This document shows positions 16,900 to 24,194 of a stretch of 28,785 bases of DNA, in pieces. This stretch comes from an uncultured Candidatus Saccharibacteria bacterium (lineage in GTDB: Bacteria; Patescibacteriota; Minisyncoccia; Phycocordibacterales; JACOZG01). The stretch is taken from NCBI GenBank assembly GCA_964564105.1, contig CAZLZS010000011.1:1-28785 (forward strand), in the 5' to 3' direction. A model generated the notes under the pieces. That model saw only the letters and a program-made list of their open reading frames with translations, ran no database searches and was not told where the DNA came from. The translations under genes and the position numbers were made by a program. How positions within the stretch are numbered: the stretch's first letter is position 1; each line of letters starts with the position of its first letter.

Positions 16900-17733
16900 A
16901 TGAACAAGGAAATTTTGGAGAAGCTAAAAACATATTTTGAAAACCGCGACGAGGTCGTAATGGCGTTTCTTTTCGGCTCACGGGCCGAGGGGCGGGCACG
17001 GAACGATTCTGACTGGGATATCGGTGTGTACTTTAGACCGAAGACCAAGGGAGAATTGGAAACAAAAGAACGGTATACAGGCGAGAGTGAAATTTCTGGC
17101 GAGGTGGCGCGGCTTCTCGGCGCGGAAACTGATGTCGTCGTTCTTAATCGCGCCCGCCCGTCGCTCGTATTTGACGTGCTCAATTCGGGGAAAATCCTCG
17201 CCAACAAGGATGAAACATTGTACCTGGAACTGCTCTCAAAAACTCACTACGAAGCCGTTGACTACTGGAATTTCGTGAAAGAATTTTGGGATATCAGACA
17301 ACAAGCCGCGTCGCTGACCCCTAAAGCCAGGGCATTTCTTGCGGAGCATTTAACGTTTCTTGAAAACGAGTTTGCCGATTTTCCAAAATTTCAGAACCTC
17401 TCGTGGAAGGAGTACCAAGAAAACCGAAGCCAGCGGCGAGAGATTGAGCGCTGGGTAGAAAATGTTGTAATGAGCTTAATTGATATTGCAAAGGTCATTC
17501 TTGCCTCCGAGAAAAAAGATGTGCCGCAGACCTATAACGAGACAATCAAACGATTTGCGATTTCTTTTACCGATGAGAAGGCAGCTGAAAAATTGGCGGA
17601 GTTTGCCGAATTGAGAAATTTAGTAGTGCATGAATACCTTGATTTAAGATTCGCGCGCATTAAAAGGTTTATTGAAGAAGCGGAGACGCAATTGCCTCCG
17701 ATTATTGAGAAGATTAAAGAAATTATAAAATGA
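16900..17733 (+). CDS. Fused minimal nucleotidyltransferase (MNT) + HEPN domain protein (MntA-HepT-like single-chain module)
   Basis: 277 aa. N-terminal MNT motif LFGSRAEGRARNDSDWDIGVYF (GS-x9-10-D-x-D). C-terminal HEPN R-x4-H-x-Y motif AELRNLVVHEY. Confidence 0.75.
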   Translation: MNKEILEKLKTYFENRDEVVMAFLFGSRAEGRARNDSDWDIGVYFRPKTKGELETKERYTGESEISGEVARLLGAETDVVVLNRARPSLVFDVLNSGKILANKDETLYLELLSKTHYEAVDYWNFVKEFWDIRQQAASLTPKARAFLAEHLTFLENEFADFPKFQNLSWKEYQENRSQRREIERWVENVVMSLIDIAKVILASEKKDVPQTYNETIKRFAISFTDEKAAEKLAEFAELRNLVVHEYLDLRFARIKRFIEEAETQLPPIIEKIKEIIK

Positions 17734-17897
17734 AATACCCCTGGACCGCGCTGTCGCTTATTATCATCTGGATTGCCACGACTTATATTGTGATCAAAAC
17801 AGTGAATCTGAATGTTAATTATATTTTGTTGGTTACCCTGGCGGGTACGGTGATTATCTCCTTGATCGGTTTTCGTTCTCCGACTCTGCGGAAGTAG
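17730..17897 (+). CDS. Small two-TM membrane peptide (55 aa), paralog of the 14170..14325 peptide
   Basis: The ATG overlaps the TGA of the MNT-HEPN gene (ATGA). MKYPWTALSLIIIWIATTYIVIKTVNLNVNYILLVTLAGTVIISLIGFRSPTLRK. Confidence 0.5.
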   Translation: MKYPWTALSLIIIWIATTYIVIKTVNLNVNYILLVTLAGTVIISLIGFRSPTLRK

Positions 17898-17902
17898 AAA
17901 AG

Positions 17903-17911
17903 TTATCCACA
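17903..17911 (+). promoter_or_regulatory. Perfect DnaA-box consensus TTATCCACA
   Basis: Exact 9-mer 6 nt after the small peptide stop. Followed by TTGGTG-N17-TAATTT, a -35/-10-like arrangement. Confidence 0.35.
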
Positions 17912-18029
17912 TTTGGTGTAAAAAAACATTGTGGGTAATTTTTTTTCGCGCGATAATTAAGTCGTCGGTAAAACTTAAATCTGGTCGATTGATATTACTA
18001 GAATTTTTCTCCCCTAAAATAATTTCATC

Positions 18030-18107
18030 ATGGCTAAGAAAAGAAAAGCGGCGAAGAAGTCGAAAAAGACTTCGAAACGTCGGAAGGGCGGCAAGAAACG
18101 CCGCTAG
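18030..18107 (+). CDS. Tiny, extremely basic ORF (25 aa: MAKKRKAAKKSKKTSKRRKGGKKRR), speculative
   Basis: ATG..TAG open frame immediately upstream of a strong intrinsic terminator. 60% Lys/Arg. No SD. Could be a real micro-protein or a chance ORF. Confidence 0.2.
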   Translation: MAKKRKAAKKSKKTSKRRKGGKKRR

Positions 18108-18127
18108 CCCCATTCTTTATCAGTTTA

Positions 18128-18159
18128 CAGAATCCCCTCGTAGGGGATTCTGTTTTTAT
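18128..18159 (+). terminator. Rho-independent terminator
   Basis: CAGAATCCCC-TCGTA-GGGGATTCTG, a perfect 10-bp stem, followed by TTTTTAT. Confidence 0.7.
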
Positions 18160-18178
18160 GTGCTAGACTGTCAAAATT

Positions 18179-20572
18179 ATGTCTATTTTATCAAGGTTTT
18201 TTGGCGACGATGGTTTGCGCTACTTAAAAAATATCGCGCCGCGAGCCGCGCAAATTAACGTTCTAGAACCACAGTTGATGGCTTTGCCGGATCAGACCCT
18301 CAAAGAGAAAACTGTTGGTTTGAAAGCGCGTCTCGCCGCTGGGGCCACACTCAATGATCTTCTCCCCGAGGCCTTTGCTCTGGTCCGCGAGGCCGCCAGA
18401 CGAACTCTCGGCGAGCGCCATTTCGATGTCCAGTTGCTTGGTGGCATTATTCTTCACGACGGCCGGATCGCCGAAATGAAGACCGGCGAAGGCAAGACTC
18501 TGGTCGCGACACTAGCCGTTTATTTGAATGCTTTGGGCGGTGAGGGGATGCATATCGTTACCGTTAATGATTATTTAGCTCGGCGCGACGCTGTCTGGAT
18601 GGGACAGATTTACAATTTACTGGGGTTGTCGGTTGGCGTGATCAATAATCAGGCGTCGTATTGTTACGATGCCGTTCCCGCCGCGGCAGCGGATGCCAAT
18701 CGCGATACTCTTGGTTCTTTCCAAATCGTTTACGATTTTTTAAGACCATGTTCACGCCGGGAGGCGTACGCCGCCGATATCACTTACGGTTCAAACAATG
18801 AGTTTGGTTTTGATTATCTCCGCGATCATTTGGCTTACCGGCCGGAGGACATGGTCCAAAGGAAGCACCATTTCGCGATCATTGACGAGGTGGACTCGGT
18901 GTTGATTGATGAGGCGCGGACGCCCCTGATCATTTCCGCACCAGTGGCGCCGTCCGGCAGTTTGTATAAAAGTTTTGCGCGCTTGGCCGAGACGTTCAAG
19001 CCCGAAGCGGATTACACCGTGGATGAAAAACATAAGGCCGCGGTTATTACCGAAAGCGGCATTGCCAGAGCTGAACAGAAGTTGGGTTTGAGCAACATTT
19101 ACACCGACCTCGGCATTAAATACGTTCACCATTTGGAAACGGCCGTTCGGGCCAAGGCGCTTTTTCTCCGCGACCGCGACTACGTGGTGCGGGGCGGAGA
19201 GGTTGTAATTGTGGATGAATTTACCGGCCGGCTCCAGCCGGGCCGACGTTGGTCTGATGGTTTGCATCAGGCGATCGAAGCCAAAGAGGGGGTGGCGGTG
19301 AAGGAGGAATCACGAACTTATGCCAGTATCACGCTTCAAAATTACTTTAAACTCTATCAGAAGTTGGCGGGGATGACGGGCACCGCCGCCACTTCAGCCG
19401 AGGAATTCCGCAAGGTTTACAGTTTGGAAGTGGTGGCCGTGCCCACCCATAAGCCGAGCGCCCGCACCGACCTGACGGATTTGATTTTTCAAACCGAGGC
19501 CGGCAAACACCGCGCGGTCGTGGCGAAGATCAAAGAACTCCAGGCGCGCGGTCAACCGGTGCTCGTCGGTACCATCTCAATAGAGAAGAACGAGGCGCTC
19601 TCAATTTATCTGCGGCAGGCCGGCGTACCGCACTGTCTTTTGAACGCCAAAAATCACGAGGAGGAGGCCGCGATTATTGCTGAGGCCGGTAAGGCCGGGA
19701 GCGTGGTCATTGCCACGAACATGGCTGGTCGTGGCGTAGACATTAAGTTGGGCGGCGCCGCGGCGCCACTGGCCGAATACGAGATGGTTAAGCAGCTCGG
19801 CGGGCTCTTTGTTCTTGGCACCGAGCGGCACGAGGCGCGCCGGATTGACAATCAACTCCGCGGCCGGGCCGGCCGCCAAGGTGATCCCGGGACGACCCAA
19901 TTTTTCCTGTCCTTTGAAGATACCCTGACTCGAGTTTTCGTTTCCGGGACGGTCAAAAATATGATTACACGGCTCGGTTTGCCTGAGGTCGAACCGATTG
20001 AGCATCGTTTGGTGGCCAGGGCCATCGAGAGCGCGCAAAAAAAGATCGAAGGTCTGAATTTTGATTTGCGGCGACACCTTTTGGAATACGACAATGTTTT
20101 GAATCACCAGCGGGCGCTGGTTTATGGCCGCCGGGAGCAAATTCTTTTAGGCGATCGTCAGACTCTCAGCGAACTGCTTAAAGATTATGACCCACCGCCG
20201 TCGGTGACCGTTGAGGATTTGCGGCGGATAATGTTGGGCGCTCTGGACGCACTATGGGTGGAGCATTTGGAGGCGATGGAATATTTAAAACAGGGAGTGA
20301 ACCTGCGCGCTTACGGCCAGCGCGATCCCTTTGTCGAATACAAGCGCGAGGGCTTGCGGCTTTTTAAGACCATGGAAGCGACAATGATTGAGACGATTGC
20401 CGCCGCCGTCAGACAGATGGTCGAAGGTGCACTACCTCAAGGTTCGACCTCGCGTAAGATTGAGATAGTTAAAACTTCAGCGGGTAAAAAAGTTGGCCGA
20501 AACGACCCCTGCCCGTGTGGGAGCGGCAAAAAATACAAAAAGTGCCACGGCGCGGCGGCTCCACAATCTTGA
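18179..20572 (+). CDS. secA: Preprotein translocase ATPase SecA
   Basis: 797 aa. MKTGEGKTLVATLAVYLNAL (Walker A/DEAD motor), DEVDSVLIDEARTPLIIS, C-terminal zinc finger CPCGSGKKYKKCHG. The -10-like TAGACT is 9 nt upstream of the ATG and there is no SD. Confidence 0.95.
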   Translation: MSILSRFFGDDGLRYLKNIAPRAAQINVLEPQLMALPDQTLKEKTVGLKARLAAGATLNDLLPEAFALVREAARRTLGERHFDVQLLGGIILHDGRIAEMKTGEGKTLVATLAVYLNALGGEGMHIVTVNDYLARRDAVWMGQIYNLLGLSVGVINNQASYCYDAVPAAAADANRDTLGSFQIVYDFLRPCSRREAYAADITYGSNNEFGFDYLRDHLAYRPEDMVQRKHHFAIIDEVDSVLIDEARTPLIISAPVAPSGSLYKSFARLAETFKPEADYTVDEKHKAAVITESGIARAEQKLGLSNIYTDLGIKYVHHLETAVRAKALFLRDRDYVVRGGEVVIVDEFTGRLQPGRRWSDGLHQAIEAKEGVAVKEESRTYASITLQNYFKLYQKLAGMTGTAATSAEEFRKVYSLEVVAVPTHKPSARTDLTDLIFQTEAGKHRAVVAKIKELQARGQPVLVGTISIEKNEALSIYLRQAGVPHCLLNAKNHEEEAAIIAEAGKAGSVVIATNMAGRGVDIKLGGAAAPLAEYEMVKQLGGLFVLGTERHEARRIDNQLRGRAGRQGDPGTTQFFLSFEDTLTRVFVSGTVKNMITRLGLPEVEPIEHRLVARAIESAQKKIEGLNFDLRRHLLEYDNVLNHQRALVYGRREQILLGDRQTLSELLKDYDPPPSVTVEDLRRIMLGALDALWVEHLEAMEYLKQGVNLRAYGQRDPFVEYKREGLRLFKTMEATMIETIAAAVRQMVEGALPQGSTSRKIEIVKTSAGKKVGRNDPCPCGSGKKYKKCHGAAAPQS

Positions 20573-20575
20573 AAT

Positions 20576-21082
20576 TTATTCTCTGATGACTATGATTTTG
20601 CCGTTTTTGATGGCGATCAGTCTGGATGATTTTTTGTTGATTCGGCCGCCAGTCAGATAAAAATCGGCTTGAGCGCCGAAATACTTTTTGGCTTGAGCGA
20701 TCGTGGTCGCTGGCGGCCGACCTTCGGGGTTAGCTGAAGGCGCCGCCAGAGGTCCAGTCTTTTTTAATAACTGACGCAGCCGGTACGAGGCCGGCAGACG
20801 GCAGGCCACTCTTTTAGTGAAGATGATACTTGTCGGTCCTGGCCAGAACCGATTGATGATTTTTAACACTGAGCGAGTGGGCTTAATTTTGAACTTTTTT
20901 AATTCGGCTAGGTCGCTGATCAAAATAATAAAGGGTTTATCCGGCCGTCGCTGTTTCAGCCGATAAATCCGGGCGACCGTTTCCGGTTTTTGCGCCTGGC
21001 CCACCAGCCCGTAAATGGTGTCAGTCAGCAGAACGCCGACCCCGCCACGCCGCAAAATTTTGATTGCTTGATTGATCGTCAT
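20576..21082 (-). CDS. tsaC: L-threonylcarbamoyladenylate synthase, TsaC/YrdC family
   Basis: 168 aa. YrdC-domain motifs LLTDTIYGLVGQA, ARIYRLKQRRPDKPFIILI, GPLAAPSANPEGRPPATT. Convergent with secA (3-nt gap). Confidence 0.8.
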   Translation of the reverse strand: MTINQAIKILRRGGVGVLLTDTIYGLVGQAQKPETVARIYRLKQRRPDKPFIILISDLAELKKFKIKPTRSVLKIINRFWPGPTSIIFTKRVACRLPASYRLRQLLKKTGPLAAPSANPEGRPPATTIAQAKKYFGAQADFYLTGGRINKKSSRLIAIKNGKIIVIRE

Positions 21083-21095
21083 AAATAATACAAAC

Positions 21096-21124
21096 GCCCG
21101 GCAAGTAGAGGATACTCGCCGGGC
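21096..21124 (-). terminator. GC-rich hairpin (GCCCGGC-N15-GCCGGGC) followed on the minus strand by GTTTGTATTATTT; possible terminator of an upstream minus-strand RNA or a structured element
   Basis: 7-bp GC stem. The minus-strand T-rich tail runs into the tsaC ATG. Confidence 0.3.
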
Positions 21125-21489
21125 AAAGCACTGGGGTCATGCTGGATGGGTAACATTCCTGGGCCGGCCGCAACGGCGGTAGACTGACCATCCGCTCTGT
21201 TTCGAGTCAACGATTTGGTCGGGGGGTATATACCTTTTACTTTCAATATCCCCCCTTAGTCGACACTCTTGATCATGATCAAGCTCCGCCGCAAACAACA
21301 TTTCTCTGAGCACCTGCCTGACTGAAATGATATGACCCGCCATCTGACGACCCTTTCCCGTTGGGACCTATCCTAGCCGCGTCCTAGATCCATCTAAGTC
21401 AGTCCGGCCAGTCTGTTATTATTCTACTGAAAAGACGGCTGGCGTCAATATGAGATGTCCACAGCCGCCTTTTATCACTCGGCTATTCA

Positions 21490-21498
21490 ATGTTATAA
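21490..21498 (+). promoter_or_regulatory. Extended -10 element TGTTATAAT (promoter of the DUF378 gene)
   Basis: TGTTATAAT with TTATCA 17 nt upstream as -35. About 60-nt leader to ATG 21559. Confidence 0.45.
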
Positions 21499-21558
21499 TC
21501 TACTCGGCCGGTCCGCCGCCTCTTGGCGGAACAGATTTATTAGCTAATTATTATTAAT

Positions 21559-21798
21559 GTGAAAAATATGAAAGGTTTACATACTATTTCGTTCATCCTT
21601 TTAGTCATCGGTGGTCTTAACTGGTTAATTTTCGGTATCTGGGGGACCGATGTTGGGACCTGGCTTGGCGGAACGATGGATAGCGGCATCGCGCAAATCA
21701 TCTATGTTTTGGTTGGTTTGGCCGCGATCTCTGAGGTGCTGACGCACAAAAAGAATTGCAGAATGTGCGGTAGCGGCGCTAACCAGATGAGTTCGTAA
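21559..21798 (+). CDS. DUF378-family small membrane protein
   Basis: 79 aa, two TM helices. The GGLNWLIFGIWG motif is characteristic of DUF378 (YuiB-like). Confidence 0.7.
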   Translation: MKNMKGLHTISFILLVIGGLNWLIFGIWGTDVGTWLGGTMDSGIAQIIYVLVGLAAISEVLTHKKNCRMCGSGANQMSS

Positions 21799-21835
21799 AC
21801 AGTCCAGCTGAAAAATTAGTTAAGTGGAGACGAGA

Positions 21836-21868
21836 TAAGCCCAGAACCCTAGGTGGTTCTGGGCTTAA
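21836..21868. terminator. Perfect 13-bp inverted repeat hairpin between convergent genes (putative bidirectional terminator or protein-binding palindrome)
   Basis: TAAGCCCAGAACC-CTAGGT-GGTTCTGGGCTTA. There is no strong U-tract on either side. Confidence 0.45.
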
Positions 21869-21886
21869 TCTTGAGCGATGAAGGGA

Positions 21887-22114
21887 TTAACCGTTACCAT
21901 ACCCGCGCCTCCCTCTCTGATTGGCCAGTTTCTTTTGCACTCGCTTCCACAATTGTTCTCTCGCGGCCGTTCGCACTGCCGGCAGTTCCACCGGCGAGCT
22001 TCGGCCGTTTTGCCGGACACAGCAAGCCAGTTCCAGCATCACCCGCTCTTCCGGTGTCAGCCGAGGCAAAAGATCTCGGTACTGATTCTCAAACTCTTTT
22101 CGCTCCAGCGCCAT
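21887..22114 (-). CDS. Small protein (75 aa) with possible sigma-70 region-4/LuxR-like HTH
   Basis: Canonical SD AAGGAGGTGA lies 7 nt upstream of the ATG on the minus strand. LTPEERVMLEL..VELPAVRTAAREQL weakly resembles a region-4 HTH. Flanked by a hairpin downstream and a terminator plus TTGACA upstream. Confidence 0.55.
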   Translation of the reverse strand: MALERKEFENQYRDLLPRLTPEERVMLELACCVRQNGRSSPVELPAVRTAAREQLWKRVQKKLANQRGRRGYGNG

Positions 22115-22191
22115 GGTTCATCACCTCCTTTCTCGCGAAGAGCCAAATCTATATTAAATGGTAGTCCAATCAGCCCACTTGTCAAATTAAG

Positions 22192-22221
22192 AAAAAAGCG
22201 CCGGACCAGAAGGTCTGGCGC
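22192..22221 (-). terminator. Rho-independent terminator (minus strand)
   Basis: On the minus strand: GCGCCAGACC-TTCT-GGTCCGGCGC, a 10-bp stem with one G-U pair, followed by TTTTTT. Confidence 0.6.
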
Positions 22222-22224
22222 CTT

Positions 22225-22249
22225 ACTGTCAACACTTAGTGTTGACAGT
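22225..22249. promoter_or_regulatory. 25-bp palindrome ACTGTCAACAC-TTA-GTGTTGACAGT
   Basis: Perfect 11-bp arms, each containing TTGACA. Lies between the stop of the 22260..22802 gene and its terminator. Either a second RNA hairpin or a dimeric-regulator operator. Confidence 0.4.
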
Positions 22250-22259
22250 GCTCGACTTA

Positions 22260-22802
22260 TCAGAATCCAGTAGGCATTCCGAGTCCGTGGTATGGATAGT
22301 ATAAACCGGGTTCGGGTTTCGCTGAAAGCCCACTTGCTTCAATGACACCATCCTTGATCACAGCTCTCTCGGCAAAAAGTAGAGCGCGGTAGCGATAGCC
22401 GGGACCCACTTGGTGGTGTGGTCCCCAGATGGGATATTGTCCTTCAACAAATTTGAAGGAGATGCCGCTATCACCAAGCGGAACCGGCATTTTCCCAACC
22501 GAGACCAATCGCATGACCTCGATCTTAAGTCGTTCCAGTTCATCTGTGTTGAGAAAACCCCCGGAAGATGCGTCCACTCGTAGAATTACACGTTGGCTTT
22601 TGGGATTATAGATCAGCTCGAGAGGTTTACCGTCCGGTCCGTTGTAACCGACGACCAGTTCAGGAACCATTTGCTGAAATGGTTTAGAAACAGAAACGCT
22701 CGAATTTGTCAGCGTCACCCCTTCCTTCTCAGGAGATAAGAATGGCACCCATATGGCAGATGCAGCCAACATACCCAAAATAAAACTGACCAAAGTTTTC
22801 AT
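22260..22802 (-). CDS. Secreted hypothetical protein (180 aa)
   Basis: The ORF track begins at 22880. GGAGAA SD and the signal peptide MKTLVSFILGMLAASAIWVPFLS favour ATG 22802. No recognised domain. Confidence 0.55.
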   Translation of the reverse strand: MKTLVSFILGMLAASAIWVPFLSPEKEGVTLTNSSVSVSKPFQQMVPELVVGYNGPDGKPLELIYNPKSQRVILRVDASSGGFLNTDELERLKIEVMRLVSVGKMPVPLGDSGISFKFVEGQYPIWGPHHQVGPGYRYRALLFAERAVIKDGVIEASGLSAKPEPGLYYPYHGLGMPTGF

Positions 22803-22922
22803 CTCGAGTTCTCCATGGCAAAGACCTAAGGTCCATTTCCTGTTTCGATCCTTTTGGATCTCATCAGCCCGAGCACACACTCGAGGACAGGCGGAAGGTT
22901 TTATAGAGATCCTCCCGAACTC

Positions 22923-23150
22923 TTAAGAAGGAGATCGGCCATATCGTTCGCTGAATGTCTTGATAGCGGTTATCAATCTTTGACGAAAGTAATCGACTTG
23001 TGTTCGATCGCAATTCCGTAAATTGTATACAGCCGACAACACTCTTTTTCCGTCTTCACTCAAACCGGGTTTCCTACTGGTCAACGCCTTAACGATCTTT
23101 ACAACTTCACCGAGTTCCGCTTCTTCCAAAATCGGTAAGCAGGCTAGCAT
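22923..23150 (-). CDS. Hypothetical small protein (75 aa)
   Basis: ATG at 23150 (the track used an upstream TTG). GGAG 8 nt upstream. No homology recognised. Confidence 0.3.
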   Translation of the reverse strand: MLACLPILEEAELGEVVKIVKALTSRKPGLSEDGKRVLSAVYNLRNCDRTQVDYFRQRLITAIKTFSERYGRSPS

Positions 23151-23337
23151 CAATCTTCTCCACCTTCATCATTATATTAAGGTTCAGCCAGAAATCACGC
23201 GATTCTGACTTATCCCATTTTCCACTCATAATGATACACGGAGGAGGAAAAAAGTCAAGGTCTAAAGTTTTTTGTTAGCGTCAAAAATACCGTCGCTAAC
23301 GTCACGGCGTTAGGGCGAATCAGTCACCGCGCCCCAG

Positions 23338-23538
23338 TTATTTTTTCTGCGCGTGTTTGAAACCGGCGATGGCGAGCACGGCCGTAATAAACAAAGCCAA
23401 CCAGCTGGTCGTGAGCGGGATGAAAACCCCGCCGATCTCGGACGGCCAGCCATAGGTCAGTCGGATGAAATGCAGAATGGCGATAATCGAAAAGAAGGTC
23501 GCCGCCAGCCAAAAATAATTTTTCGACTCAATATGCAT
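23338..23538 (-). CDS. Small two-TM membrane protein (66 aa), hypothetical
   Basis: FWLAATFFSIIAILHFI and IPLTTSWLALFITAVLAIAGF hydrophobic helices. A hairpin plus T-run follows downstream on the minus strand. Confidence 0.4.
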   Translation of the reverse strand: MHIESKNYFWLAATFFSIIAILHFIRLTYGWPSEIGGVFIPLTTSWLALFITAVLAIAGFKHAQKK

Positions 23539-23588
23539 AATTTAATTATAGCATAGGTCGCGTTTAGTCAAAGATCGTGACTAGATAC

Positions 23589-23597
23589 TTATCCACA
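23589..23597 (+). promoter_or_regulatory. Perfect DnaA-box consensus TTATCCACA
   Basis: Exact 9-mer in the intergenic region upstream of tRNA-Asn/MVP. Confidence 0.35.
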
Positions 23598-23643
23598 TCT
23601 CGCTGAATCAAATCGTAAAAATAGACCTGATCGCTTATGAAGC

Positions 23644-23937
23644 TTAGCCGCCAGAGCCAATGTTTATACTAGCGATTTCATTAGAATTGACATTGAGAGT
23701 GACGGTGTGCGCGTTTATCAGCACCGTATCGCCGGCCAGATTGGATTGCCATTCAGAAATTTTCGGCTGGACTTCGATTGTGGTCGAAGCGAGGTCGCCT
23801 CGAATCCGGATCATCTCCACGGTGAGTAAATCATAGTAATAATAGACGCCGTAGGCTAAAACCGTCAAAGCGACAAAAAGAATTATTTCCAGAACTATAA
23901 TATATTGAATGACAAATTTAGGCGGATGTTTGTTCAC
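23644..23937 (-). CDS. Possible small membrane-anchored protein (97 aa, GTG start), doubtful
   Basis: The track ORF 23644..24048 runs antisense through tRNA-Asn, so its N-terminus is spurious. Only a GTG at 23937 could start a tRNA-free version (TM helix FVIQYIIVLEIILFVALTVLAYGV + 60-aa tail). No SD. Confidence 0.2.
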   Translation of the reverse strand: MNKHPPKFVIQYIIVLEIILFVALTVLAYGVYYYYDLLTVEMIRIRGDLASTTIEVQPKISEWQSNLAGDTVLINAHTVTLNVNSNEIASINIGSGG

Positions 23938-23967
23938 AAAAATGATTCTAGCATATAGAATAGATAT

Positions 23968-24039
23968 ATTCCGGTGTAGCTCAATGGTAGAGCGGCTCCC
24001 TGTTAAGGAGATGGTTGTAGGTTCGAGTCCTACCACCGG
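23968..24039 (+). tRNA. tRNA-Asn (anticodon GTT)
   Basis: TCCGGTG-TA-GCTC-AATGGTA-GAGC-G-GCTCC-CTGTTAA-GGAGA-TGGTT-GTAGG-TTCGAGT-CCTAC-CACCGGA-G. Perfect 7-bp acceptor stem, D and T arms, U33, GTT anticodon, A37. No encoded CCA. TAGAAT -10 lies about 8 nt upstream. Confidence 0.9.
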
Positions 24040-24194
24040 AGTTGACAAATAAAAAGATAAGATGTAGTTATTATAGTTGGATTAGATAGAGCCTAAATGG
24101 CTTCGTTTTATGGTCTTTGATAACTGAGAAAATCTGGGTCTGTAACGGTTATAGACTCTTGATTTAGGCAAACTTCTGAAAGGAGAAGTCAGCT

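Noticed and set aside
21133-21160. Possible tmRNA 5' end (GGGGTCATGCTGGATGGG vs tmRNA GGGGCUGAUUCUGGAUUCGACGGG)
   Set aside because: I could not find the matching 3' tRNA-like T-arm or CCA end, a tag reading frame, or the pseudoknots. The resemblance is limited to a short G-rich stretch. It is left as an unclassified structured region pending a covariance-model search.
21137-21343. 68-aa minus-strand ORF inside the structured spacer
   Set aside because: It has no RBS or promoter logic and crosses GC-rich hairpins and palindromes. The region looks like non-coding structured DNA/RNA.
21853-22273. Plus-strand ORFs of 103 aa and 131 aa
   Set aside because: They overlap a minus-strand 75-aa ORF that has a perfect AAGGAGGTGA SD, its own terminator and a downstream hairpin. 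The plus-strand ORFs have no start context and no recognisable product.
23644-24048. 134-aa minus-strand ORF from the track
   Set aside because: Its N-terminal 35 codons are the antisense reading of tRNA-Asn (VGLEPTT = the T-arm GGTTCGAGTCC). Only a shortened GTG-initiated version (23644..23937) is conceivable, and even that is weak.
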